A DNA stretch of 64,000 nt from assembly GCA_045606105.1 (NCBI GenBank), contig JAZURI010000010.1:1-64000 (forward strand), given 5' to 3'. The translations under genes were made by a program, and so were the position numbers. Each line of letters opens with the position of its first letter. Positions within the stretch are counted from its first letter, which is position 1. This stretch comes from Spirochaetia bacterium (GTDB lineage Bacteria; Spirochaetota; Spirochaetia; CADAEX01). The notes under the pieces are model-generated. The model was given only the letters and a program-made list of their open reading frames with translations. It did not search any database and was not told the DNA's origin. Positions 37,937-46,492 of the stretch are shown piece after piece.

Positions 37937-39607
37937 ATGGAGCAGCAGTCAGACAAGCCTATCATAGTCCAGAGCGACGGAACCATTCTTCTCGACGTCC
38001 ATTCCTCCTGTTTCGAACCGGCCAGGGATGATATCTCGGTATTTGCAGAGCTGGAAAAATCGCCGGAGCATATCCATACCTATTCCCTTTCCGCCCTTTC
38101 CATGTGGAATGCGGCATCTGCCGGTATTTCTCCCGAGGAAATAATAAGCAGGCTGGAAAAATGGGCCCGTTTCAGGATTCCTTCCAATGTCCTTTTCAGA
38201 ATCAGGGAAAGCGGAAGCCTTTTCGGAAAACTGATACTTCTTCCATGCGATGACAAACCGGACGAGCTGCTGCTGAAAATCGAGGATGAACATATTTTCC
38301 TCACCCTCAGAGGGACAAAAAAGCTTGAAAAGTACCTGAAGCCCGATCCTGAAAGAAGGGGTTTCATCATAAAGAGCCTGGACCGGGGCACCGTAAAGCA
38401 GGAGCTCATAGGACTGGGATATCCGGTAAAGGACAACATTCCTCTTCTCAAAGGGGCCCCGCTGGAAATACGGCTCAGGGAAACCACCCTTTCGGGCAAG
38501 AAGCTGACCATCAGGGATTATCAGAACGAGGCGGCCCAGGCCTTCTACGGCGGAGGGACACCGGGCAACGGATACGGTACCGTGGTACTTGCCTGCGGTT
38601 CCGGAAAAACAGTGGTGGGAATGAAGATAATGGAGCTTCTGCAGACCAGAACCCTTATCCTTACCACAAATATCGCCGCTGTCCATCAATGGATGGAGGA
38701 GCTTAAGGACAAGACCCACATCAACCCGGAGGATATCGGGGAATACAGCGGCGACCGCAAGGAAATAAAGCCTGTAACCATAGCCACATACCAGATTCTT
38801 ACCTGGAGACCTGACAAGACATCGGGCTTTCCCCATTTCGAGATCTTCAGGCAGAACAGCTGGGGGCTGATAATCTATGACGAGGTACATCTGCTGCCGG
38901 CCCCTGTCTTCAGAATCACTGCAGAAATACAGGCCATAAGCAGAGTCGGTCTTACCGCCACACTTATCAGGGAGGATGGCAGGGAAAAGGATCTTTTCTC
39001 CCTCGTAGGACCCAAGAAATACGACTGCCCATGGAAAATACTCCAGGAAAAGGGATGGATTGCGGAAGCCACCTGCTGCGAAATCAGGATAGATCTTCCG
39101 GAAGAGAGCAAAGTGGATTATGCCACTGCCGGAAAGAGGGAAAAGTTCAGGATAGCCTCGGAAAACAGCCGGAAGCTGGAGGTAATCAAGGAGCTTATCG
39201 ACAACCATAAGGATGATTATATCCTCATAATCGGCCAGTACATTTCCCAGCTGAAAGAGGTAAAGAAGCTGCTGGGCGTTCCGATAATCACGGGACAGAC
39301 ACCGAACAGCACCAGAGAAGAAATATATAACCGTTTCCGCAGAGGTGAAGAAAGGATAATAATTGTTTCAAAGGTGGCAAACTTTGCCATAGACCTGCCC
39401 GATGCATCGGTGGCAATACAGATTTCGGGAAGCTTCGGCTCAAGACAGGAGGAGGCCCAGAGACTGGGAAGAATCCTTCGCCCCAAGGAAAAGAACTCAT
39501 GCTTCTATTCCCTGGTATCCCAGTACACTGTCGAGGAGGAGTTTTCGGCAAACCGGCAGAAATTCCTTACGGAACAGGGTTACCGCTATACAATAGAGAG
39601 CCGCTGA
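37937..39607 (+). CDS. bacterial XPB/Rad25 family DNA helicase
   Basis: PIIVQSDGTILL...FAELEKSPEHIHTY N-domain; CGSGKT, DEVH, LTATLIRED, SRQEEAQRLGRILRPK; ATG 37937 preferred over TTG 37901, which is the -35 box. Confidence 0.93.
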   Translation: MEQQSDKPIIVQSDGTILLDVHSSCFEPARDDISVFAELEKSPEHIHTYSLSALSMWNAASAGISPEEIISRLEKWARFRIPSNVLFRIRESGSLFGKLILLPCDDKPDELLLKIEDEHIFLTLRGTKKLEKYLKPDPERRGFIIKSLDRGTVKQELIGLGYPVKDNIPLLKGAPLEIRLRETTLSGKKLTIRDYQNEAAQAFYGGGTPGNGYGTVVLACGSGKTVVGMKIMELLQTRTLILTTNIAAVHQWMEELKDKTHINPEDIGEYSGDRKEIKPVTIATYQILTWRPDKTSGFPHFEIFRQNSWGLIIYDEVHLLPAPVFRITAEIQAISRVGLTATLIREDGREKDLFSLVGPKKYDCPWKILQEKGWIAEATCCEIRIDLPEESKVDYATAGKREKFRIASENSRKLEVIKELIDNHKDDYILIIGQYISQLKEVKKLLGVPIITGQTPNSTREEIYNRFRRGEERIIIVSKVANFAIDLPDASVAIQISGSFGSRQEEAQRLGRILRPKEKNSCFYSLVSQYTVEEEFSANRQKFLTEQGYRYTIESR

Positions 39608-39608
39608 T

Positions 39609-40892
39609 TCAGTCGGAAATCCTTTCAATCCTTGCGCCGAGACCCTTGAGTCTTCCGGCCAGATCCTCATATCCCCTTTCAATCTGATAGACATTGCGGA
39701 TAGTACTTTTTCCTTCTGCACAGAGGGCGGCAATAACCATGGCCATTCCGGCTCTCACATCGGGAGAAACCAGATCCGAGCCCTTGAGTCTGGCCGGTCC
39801 GCTTACCACTGCACGGTGAGGATCGCAGAGAACAATTCTTGCCCCCATCTCTATCAGTTTGTCCACAAAGAACATCCTGGATTCAAACATCTTCTCGTGA
39901 ATAAGCACAGTTCCCTTCACCTGTGTGGCAACAACAGTGACAATACTTGTGAGATCGGGCGGAAATCCGGGCCACGGTGCATCGTCTATGGAAGGAATCT
40001 GCCCTCCCATGTCATGACATACCTCAAGCCGCTGTCTCGGAGTCACAAGAATTGAATTTCCGGAGGTTTCCCAGGTTATTCCCAGCTTTCCGAAGGCAAT
40101 TCTGGCCATACGGAGATTTTCCGGAGCTGCATCGGTGATTTCAAGCTCGCCTCTGGTTACGGCAGCCAGGCCGATATAGGATCCCACCTCCATGAAGTCA
40201 GAACCGATCCTGAACTCTGTGGCATGGAGCTTCTTCACACCGCTGATATGAAGGATATTGGAGCCGATTCCCGTGATTTCGGCACCCATGGATACCAGCA
40301 TCCTGCAAAGGTCCTGGACATGAGGCTCGGAGGCCGCATTGCTGATTACAGTCTTTCCCTCAGCCATCACCGCTGTCATCACCGCATTTTCGGTGGCAGT
40401 AACAGAGGCCTCGTCAAGGAAGAGGTCAACCCCCACAAGCTTGTTGGCTGAAACATTGAACATGTTTCCCGATATGTCAATTCTGGCACCCAGTTCCCTG
40501 AAGGCAAGAAAGTGGGTATCCAGTCTTCTGTGTCCTATTACATCGCCTCCCGGAGGGGGAAAGACAACCTTTCCGGTCCTGGCCAGAAGAGGCCCTGCAA
40601 AAAGTATGGAGGCTCTAATTGCCTTGGCATATTCAAGGGGAATTTCCGAATTTCCCATATTGCCGCTCTTTATTTCATAGCGGTTTTTTCCCAGCTTCCT
40701 GACATCGGATCCGAGATAACGGAGGATATTCAGCATTACCTCCACATCCTTGATTTCCGGGATATTGTCCAGAATCACCGGTTCATCGGTTAAAAGTGTT
40801 GCCGCAATACACGGAAGGGCAGCATTCTTGTTTCCGCTTGCCTTTATCTTTCCCTTAAGGGGAAAAGAGCCTTCAATAACATACTTATCCAT
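39609..40892 (-). CDS. murA: UDP-N-acetylglucosamine 1-carboxyvinyltransferase (Asp at the Cys115-equivalent position)
   Basis: [46 protein letters not shown]; ATG at 40892 preferred. Confidence 0.94.
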   Translation of the reverse strand: MDKYVIEGSFPLKGKIKASGNKNAALPCIAATLLTDEPVILDNIPEIKDVEVMLNILRYLGSDVRKLGKNRYEIKSGNMGNSEIPLEYAKAIRASILFAGPLLARTGKVVFPPPGGDVIGHRRLDTHFLAFRELGARIDISGNMFNVSANKLVGVDLFLDEASVTATENAVMTAVMAEGKTVISNAASEPHVQDLCRMLVSMGAEITGIGSNILHISGVKKLHATEFRIGSDFMEVGSYIGLAAVTRGELEITDAAPENLRMARIAFGKLGITWETSGNSILVTPRQRLEVCHDMGGQIPSIDDAPWPGFPPDLTSIVTVVATQVKGTVLIHEKMFESRMFFVDKLIEMGARIVLCDPHRAVVSGPARLKGSDLVSPDVRAGMAMVIAALCAEGKSTIRNVYQIERGYEDLAGRLKGLGARIERISD

Positions 40893-40898
40893 ATTCAA

Positions 40899-40927
40899 AC
40901 CTTACAATGTAGAAAATCAGGTGTCAA
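40899..40927 (-). promoter_or_regulatory. murA promoter, probably leaderless
   Basis: TTGACA (40922-40927), 17 nt, TAAGGT (40899-40904), 6 nt, ATG. Confidence 0.62.
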
Positions 40928-42122
40928 GTTCTATCTTGCCGTACTGACCGTCAAAACCGTACCTGATGCGGAAACGGTTTTCCTTTACAGCCCGGATTCC
41001 GTCAAGAACACCGGAAGGAATATCAGTAAGGGCATTGAGTCCGTCCTCAAACCAGATATTGCTTTCGTTGCCGGCCTGCTCCGCCGCACGCAGATAGATA
41101 TCGGCCGCCTTCTTGGAGCCGGTACCGCAGCCGAGGCTTCCGGCAATAACCTCTATAAGAGGAATCTGATACACAAAATCCTGCACCGGTCCCGAATAAT
41201 CGGGGGAAATGCGGCGGATTCTCTCACAGACACCTTCCACAAAGGGCTTTCCGCATACAGGACATATTTCAGGGGGATTTTCGGCAAAGAATATCTCCTT
41301 TCCGTCATGTCCCGGACGGTCTCCCCTGTGGCCGGTCAGGTAATAGCGCCCCTCAAACGGAGGAAATTCCGCAGTTTTCAGAACCCTGCGGCGGAATATG
41401 CTGTCCAGAATCCCCTCCGAAGAAAGCTCCTCCGCATCCAGCAGGGTAAACTCCCGTCCGAGCCTGTTGTAGGCTGCGGAATGGGCATCGCTGGAGGAGA
41501 GAACCGGTACACCCAGCCCTCCGGCCACAGCCGCCAGCATCCGGGGATCTGCGCTGAGCCCCGATTCCAGGCCGTCTATGAGCCCCGTGCTTTTTCCCCA
41601 TATTTCGGATATGGAATCCACAGGATTCTTTCCTCCCAGTATTCCGTCCGGGGTCACTACATGGGCCGGTATAAGGGCTGTCGCAGCCCTTTCCTTCATC
41701 TCTTCAAAAAAGCACGCCATTTCTTCAGAGCTGTCAAACTTCACGAAAGGACGGCCGATTCCCAGCTTTGATCCCTTTGAAAGCATCATTTTCCTTACAG
41801 TCCCGACACTTTCCATATCTGCAAAAAGGATAACCAGGTGAAACAGCTTTCTCTTTCTTTCGTCATATTTATACGGAAGCGTAACTATGATTTCGGACTG
41901 AGGCATCAGGTACTGCCCCTCCTTCATCACCCACATGGATTTAGTGCTGTCAAAGGGGAATTCGCTGTCCAGCTCCTTTTCCCATTTCTCCAGCAGAATA
42001 TCTCCGCTTCCGTAGATGTTGATTCCCTTTATCCCCATGACATGGGAAAGGCGCCGGAAATCAGATTTTCCCGAAGCACCTGCATAGGGAGAATGGGAAT
42101 GAAGATCCACCACATATTTCAT
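40917..42122 (-). CDS. endonuclease Q-like PHP-domain protein
   Basis: DLHSHS, PAHV, ESGLSADP, SSDAHS, LGRE, GRYY-x2-GHR, CPVCG, GFDGQYG; start at 42122 gives an ATGA overlap with the upstream gene. Confidence 0.82.
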   Translation of the reverse strand: MKYVVDLHSHSPYAGASGKSDFRRLSHVMGIKGINIYGSGDILLEKWEKELDSEFPFDSTKSMWVMKEGQYLMPQSEIIVTLPYKYDERKRKLFHLVILFADMESVGTVRKMMLSKGSKLGIGRPFVKFDSSEEMACFFEEMKERAATALIPAHVVTPDGILGGKNPVDSISEIWGKSTGLIDGLESGLSADPRMLAAVAGGLGVPVLSSSDAHSAAYNRLGREFTLLDAEELSSEGILDSIFRRRVLKTAEFPPFEGRYYLTGHRGDRPGHDGKEIFFAENPPEICPVCGKPFVEGVCERIRRISPDYSGPVQDFVYQIPLIEVIAGSLGCGTGSKKAADIYLRAAEQAGNESNIWFEDGLNALTDIPSGVLDGIRAVKENRFRIRYGFDGQYGKIELDT

Positions 42123-42574
42123 AGCATGGAACCTCTTCCTATCTGCCTGAATTTCTGTTTTGTGCTTATGAAGGAGATTCCCTTTTTGCTGTCGTACCCG
42201 ATATAGAGAATATATCCCTTCTTGCCGTTGACCTTTACAGCCATCCCTACACAGCATCCATCTACAAACAGGATATCGCCTGGCATAGGCATTCCGCGGG
42301 TATATAAAAGCTTGTTTTCGTCCAGGAGCTGCAGCATCAGGGCACTGTCGCACGGAAGGGTCAGTCCTGCATAGCTATACACCGCACAAACCAGACCGGT
42401 ACTGTCGGCATTGTATTTCTTTCCGTTCACGATAAGGGACGGCCTCCCCTCTGCCCAGTCCGCTCCCTCCAGAAGCTTCTTTACCACATCGGCATTCTCC
42501 ACCGTTCCGGGAGCAGAGCTGCAGCCGGAGCAGAGAATCACGGTAGCAATCATGATAAAAAGCAGTCTTTTCAT
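42119..42574 (-). CDS. lipoprotein with a degenerate NlpC/P60-like domain
   Basis: Lipobox-like ILCSGC; DSTGLVCAVYSYAGLTLP and PGDILF resemble NlpC/P60 motifs. Confidence 0.6.
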   Translation of the reverse strand: MKRLLFIMIATVILCSGCSSAPGTVENADVVKKLLEGADWAEGRPSLIVNGKKYNADSTGLVCAVYSYAGLTLPCDSALMLQLLDENKLLYTRGMPMPGDILFVDGCCVGMAVKVNGKKGYILYIGYDSKKGISFISTKQKFRQIGRGSML

Positions 42575-43896
42575 TTTTTCTTGTCTCCGGTCTGCTCCCT
42601 TACAGCATAAATCAGAGGCAGTTCCTCCGGGGCCTCATCTGAAATGGTATATGCAGCCAGGAACCTTTCCATGGCATTATCTGAATTTGTCCTGTCATTG
42701 ATATGGAAAAGGGCCATTTCCTCGCCGGCCTCCACATAGTCGCCCAGCCGTTTTCCGATAACAACACCTACAGCCGGATCTACGTCATCCTCTTTTCTTG
42801 CCCTGCCGGCTCCCAGCAGGAAAGCGGCGTTACCCACCTCCTTGGTATCCACGGCAGAAAGATATCCCGATTTCGGAGCCTTTACGGAAACTGTCAGTGA
42901 TGCCTGAGGAAGAAGTGATGTATCCTCCGTCACGGCAGGATTTCCTCCCTGGTTACGGATAAGGGCTGCAAGCTTTTCAAGGGCTGCTCCTGATGCCAGC
43001 TTTTCCTCCATGAGCTCATAGGCTTCCGTATCATCGCCGCAGATTCCCGAAAGAATAAGCATCTTTGAAGCCAATGCCATGGAAACAGTCTTCATGGCAC
43101 AGTCACGGTTTTCCCGGAGTATCTCTATGGTCTCCTTTACTGCCAGGGCATTTCCCACGGCATTTCCCAGAGGCTGGTTCATATCTGTAACCACTGCGGC
43201 GGTCCTGACACCGGCCAGGGTTCCGATACCGACCATGGCATCTGCCAGCTTTACGGCAGACCTTACATCCCGCATGAAGGCACCATTTCCGGTCTTCACA
43301 TCCAGGACTATGGCATCGCAGCCCAGCGCCAGCTTCTTGCTCATGATGCTGGAGGCAATGAGAGGAAGGCTTTCCACGGTGGAGGTTACATCCCTGAGGG
43401 CATAGAGCTTCTTGTCGGCAGGAACCAATCTGTCACTCTGTCCCATGACGGCAAGTCCGTCCCTGGATACATTTTCTGCAATGGCCCTGCTGTCGGAAAC
43501 GATGGAAAAACCGGGTATGGATTCCAGCTTGTCCAGGGTTCCACCGGTAAAGCCCAGCCCCCTACCCGACATCTTGGCCACCTTTCCTCCGCAGGCCGCA
43601 ACCAAAGGGGCAACAATCAGGGTCGTATCATCGCTGACACCTCCGGTGGAATGCTTGTCCACCTTTATTCCTTCTATGGAGGAAAGATTCATCCTGTCGC
43701 CGGAATTCACCATGGCTATGGTAAGGTCCGTGGTCTCCCGGTCAGTCATTCCCTGAAAACAGATTGCCATCAGAAGGGCCGAAACCTGATAGTCGGGAAT
43801 TTCCCCCTTCACATATCCTTCAATAAAAAAATTAATTTCTTCCCGGGACAGCTCCATCCCCATTCTTTTTCTGTCAATCAGTTCCTTGAACAACAT
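42571..43896 (-). CDS. pdp: pyrimidine-nucleoside (thymidine) phosphorylase
   Basis: DKHSTGGV, KMSGRGLG-x-TGGTLDKLESIPG, YALRDVT, SSIMSKK, DVKTGNGAFM; ATG at 43896 preferred. Confidence 0.93.
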   Translation of the reverse strand: MLFKELIDRKRMGMELSREEINFFIEGYVKGEIPDYQVSALLMAICFQGMTDRETTDLTIAMVNSGDRMNLSSIEGIKVDKHSTGGVSDDTTLIVAPLVAACGGKVAKMSGRGLGFTGGTLDKLESIPGFSIVSDSRAIAENVSRDGLAVMGQSDRLVPADKKLYALRDVTSTVESLPLIASSIMSKKLALGCDAIVLDVKTGNGAFMRDVRSAVKLADAMVGIGTLAGVRTAAVVTDMNQPLGNAVGNALAVKETIEILRENRDCAMKTVSMALASKMLILSGICGDDTEAYELMEEKLASGAALEKLAALIRNQGGNPAVTEDTSLLPQASLTVSVKAPKSGYLSAVDTKEVGNAAFLLGAGRARKEDDVDPAVGVVIGKRLGDYVEAGEEMALFHINDRTNSDNAMERFLAAYTISDEAPEELPLIYAVREQTGDKKK

Positions 43897-43897
43897 A

Positions 43898-44503
43898 TCA
43901 GATCCTGTTTCCGATGACACCGATAAAGTGTCTGATAAATTCCACAAGCCTTTCTGTTTCCAGAGGCTTCCTGAGCATCAGATCTGCCCGGCGGCTCTCC
44001 CTGATGCTGGAGTTCATTTCAGTAATGAAGATTATTGCCGGTTTTTCGTAATCCCGCCGGCTGCTTATGGTATCGTAGAGGTTTTCCACGGTGATTTCCG
44101 CAAAGCTTTCGTTGAGAATGATGATTTCAGGCTTTTCGGTCATGAGAAGCCGCCCTGCATCAAAGCTGGTTACGGCAGAAATAAAGGTACATTCCGGAAA
44201 AGGACCTTCCAGGGTATCCCTCAGGTTCTTTATGGCATAGCGGTCCGTATCTATGATCAGAATCTTCATGTCGCTGGTAAAACCGTCGTTGAGGCTGTCC
44301 AGCACCTTGGGAGGTATCTTCATACCCCTTTCCTTGAGAAAATCCACCAGATGCTCAGCATAAATTCGGTATTGCCCGCCCGGTGTGGTGAAGGCCTTAA
44401 GGGAACCGTTCTTTATCCAGTTGATTGCTGTCTGGTTTACCACTCCGCAGATGTTGGCCACCTCCAGGGCAGAATAAATCTTAATCCTCTTGTGCTTCTT
44501 CAT
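43898..44503 (-). CDS. excisionase-type HTH fused to an atypical receiver domain
   Basis: YSALEVANICGV...NWIKNG.LKAFTTPGGQYRI HTH; receiver-like ILIIDTD...PEIIILN...RKPL. Confidence 0.78.
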   Translation of the reverse strand: MKKHKRIKIYSALEVANICGVVNQTAINWIKNGSLKAFTTPGGQYRIYAEHLVDFLKERGMKIPPKVLDSLNDGFTSDMKILIIDTDRYAIKNLRDTLEGPFPECTFISAVTSFDAGRLLMTEKPEIIILNESFAEITVENLYDTISSRRDYEKPAIIFITEMNSSIRESRRADLMLRKPLETERLVEFIRHFIGVIGNRI

Positions 44504-45122
44504 CCATGCTCCTTATTACAGACATAGAATAACCTTTTTTCAGCAAATTTGCCACTATTTTTTCTTTTGTGATATTCTTTTTTGATGCAGCCTTCCTGTA
44601 AGCCAGCCTTGCACCGGCCATCAATGTCTCCTCATCCAGAATTCCGGATACCGCCCTTTCCGCCGTTTCCCGGCTGACGCCTCTGCTGACAAGAGCTGCA
44701 GTAAGGACCGATTTTCCGGCCGGATTTTTCCAGAGCCTGGATTTAAGCCACAGCTCTGCATAACGGCTGTCATCCAGATACTTTTTTTCCGAAAGGAAAG
44801 CAATAACCTCCTTTACGGTTTCGGAATCAAAATCCCGCTGAAGAAGCTTGCCCCGGAGAAGATATGCCGTATGCTCCGACAGGGAAAGAAGCTCCAGGGC
44901 CTTGCTGCGGCACCTGATAAACCGGTCTCCCTTTTCCAGCTTTTCCGCCGTTCCGGAAGAAATGGTATCCCCTTTGGAGAAGGAATATTCGAGGAAGTCT
45001 GAATCGGAAATAAAAAAAGAGGCTCCTGTCGAGAGCGAAACCTCGATAAAAGCCCCTTTTGTATAAATTCCGGTAACAGTAATATTAACGTTTTGAGAAC
45101 TGGAATCTTCTTCTTGCACCAC
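44481..45122 (-). CDS. recX: regulatory protein RecX (start uncertain; nearest canonical start overlaps rpsI)
   Basis: ALELLS-x2-EHT...[11 protein letters not shown]-x6-L-x2-RGV, LLKKGYS helical repeats; GTG codons at 45122 and 45119. Confidence 0.8.
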   Translation of the reverse strand: MVQEEDSSSQNVNITVTGIYTKGAFIEVSLSTGASFFISDSDFLEYSFSKGDTISSGTAEKLEKGDRFIRCRSKALELLSLSEHTAYLLRGKLLQRDFDSETVKEVIAFLSEKKYLDDSRYAELWLKSRLWKNPAGKSVLTAALVSRGVSRETAERAVSGILDEETLMAGARLAYRKAASKKNITKEKIVANLLKKGYSMSVIRSMDEEAQED

Positions 45123-45477
45123 GTCTACCGTATTTCTTTCTTTCAACCATTCTGGAATCTCTTGTGAGGAATCCGTTGGCATGAAGTACTTTGATTGTGT
45201 TTTCGTCGTGAGCAGCAAGCGCTCTTGCAATTCCGTGTCTGCATGCACCGGCCTGTCCTGTTACTCCGCCACCTTTTACATTGATGAGGATATCGAACTT
45301 GCCTTCGGCAGCTGTAGCAACCAGTGGCTGCTTAACTGTGTAAACATGCTCAGGGTTAGCGAAATAACTGTCTACTTCCTTTCCGTTGACAACAATGCTT
45401 CCCTTTCCGCTTCTAAGATAAACTCTTGCAACAGAGGTTTTTCTTCTTCCTGTACCCAATGAAAGATTTTTGATCAC
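45085..45477 (-). CDS. rpsI: 30S ribosomal protein S9
   Basis: [39 protein letters not shown]. Confidence 0.98.
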   Translation of the reverse strand: MIKNLSLGTGRRKTSVARVYLRSGKGSIVVNGKEVDSYFANPEHVYTVKQPLVATAAEGKFDILINVKGGGVTGQAGACRHGIARALAAHDENTIKVLHANGFLTRDSRMVERKKYGRRGARRRFQFSKR

Positions 45478-45494
45478 TTGTTATCTCCTTACCC

Positions 45495-45923
45495 TTAAAA
45501 TTCCAGCTTTTCAGGATTCTGAGCTGCGTGTGGGTGCTCAGGTCCGGCATAGATCTTAACATTGCTGTAAAGCTTGTTTCCCAGTGCTCCGTGAGGAAGC
45601 ATTCCCTTTACGGCTCTTTCCATCGGATAAGTAGGCTTTTTCTCCATAAGAGCATTGTATGATTCAACTCTCATTCCACCTGGGTATCCGGAGTAGTTAT
45701 AGTAAAGTTTATTCTCTGCCTTGTTGCCTGTCATGATTGCTTTTTCTGCATTGATGATGATTACGTAGTCACCGATTTCCTGGTGAGGAACGTAGCAAGC
45801 CTTGTGTTTTCCTCTTGCGAGGTTTGCAGCCTTAACTGCAACGCGTCCCAGTGGGATGCCTTCTGCATCAAGCACATACCATTTTCTGACAACTTCTTTT
45901 GGTTTTACAAAGATAGTTTTCAT
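45495..45923 (-). CDS. rplM: 50S ribosomal protein L13
   Basis: RKWYVLDA, LGR, RGKHK, GDYVIIINA, SGYPGG, AVKGMLP, HPHAAQ. Confidence 0.98.
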   Translation of the reverse strand: MKTIFVKPKEVVRKWYVLDAEGIPLGRVAVKAANLARGKHKACYVPHQEIGDYVIIINAEKAIMTGNKAENKLYYNYSGYPGGMRVESYNALMEKKPTYPMERAVKGMLPHGALGNKLYSNVKIYAGPEHPHAAQNPEKLEF

Positions 45924-45954
45924 TTATTATAGTCCTTTATAAAAATTTAACCTG

Positions 45955-46010
45955 AAACCTGTCAGAAGCTAGCAGTTCTGAAGGTAACGGACTCAAAACT
46001 GCGCAGGTTT
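45955..46010 (-). promoter_or_regulatory. structured 5' leader of rplM-rpsI (candidate autoregulatory element)
   Basis: Nested stems AAACCTG/CAGGTTT and GCAGTTTTGA/TCAGAACTGC; TTGACA at 46057-46062 upstream. Confidence 0.5.
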
Positions 46011-46066
46011 ATCCAGATTAATATACAGAATAATTAATTATTTATTTGTAAGAATTTGTCAAGAGC

Positions 46067-46492
46067 TCAGGCCCTTCTTTTTATCAATTTGTACATGAGC
46101 TCAATATCATCCAGAAGCTCAAGCTCCCCCTCGGTAGCACATCTGAAGCGATCCGTCATCCGACCGCAGCTGAAGCATACCTTCCTGTCTTCCGGCTGAC
46201 TGAGATTATAGCCTTCCAGAAAGCTGACAGCCAGGGAGCTGGCAAGATCGGCATGGATATATCTGACACCGCACCGGACCAGCAGTACGGCAGCTGCCTT
46301 TCCCACAGCAGAATCGTGGACACAGAGAATATCATCCCTTAAACCCGGATTCTTCTCCAGGAACCTTTCCGCATCAAGAATGGGATGAAGCCATTTTCCT
46401 CCGGTACTGAAAACAGGCTCAGGGTTTCTGCCGCTCCACATCCGGAAGCTGATTCCCTCCGGCAAAGGGGACTTATATGAAGGAAGATTCAT
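46067..46492 (-). CDS. DUF1893 (TM1506-like) protein
   Basis: LHPI...VHDSAVGKAAAVLL...GV-x2-IHA-x2-AS-x2-A...C-x2-E pattern. Confidence 0.72.
   Translation of the reverse strand: MNLPSYKSPLPEGISFRMWSGRNPEPVFSTGGKWLHPILDAERFLEKNPGLRDDILCVHDSAVGKAAAVLLVRCGVRYIHADLASSLAVSFLEGYNLSQPEDRKVCFSCGRMTDRFRCATEGELELLDDIELMYKLIKRRA

Noticed and set aside
37949-39208. 419-aa minus-strand ORF
   Set aside because: Entirely antisense to the XPB helicase gene; no recognisable motifs; typical shadow ORF
32683-42122. UvrD, XPB and EndoQ-like genes as one novel repair or defence system
   Set aside because: They are in separate transcription units and orientations, interleaved with rimO, rodZ, lolA and murA; proximity looks incidental
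42123-42353. 77-aa N-terminal extension of the EndoQ-like ORF
   Set aside because: Overlaps the lipoprotein gene in another frame; PHP similarity begins at MKYVVDLH (42122), which gives an ATGA junction
43898-44503. Excisionase-type HTH as evidence of a prophage
   Set aside because: It is fused to a receiver-like domain inside a housekeeping operon; no phage genes present
45123-45248. Long N-terminal extension of recX from the ORF-track start at 45248
   Set aside because: Lies deep inside rpsI with no RecX-like sequence; more likely an open frame by chance
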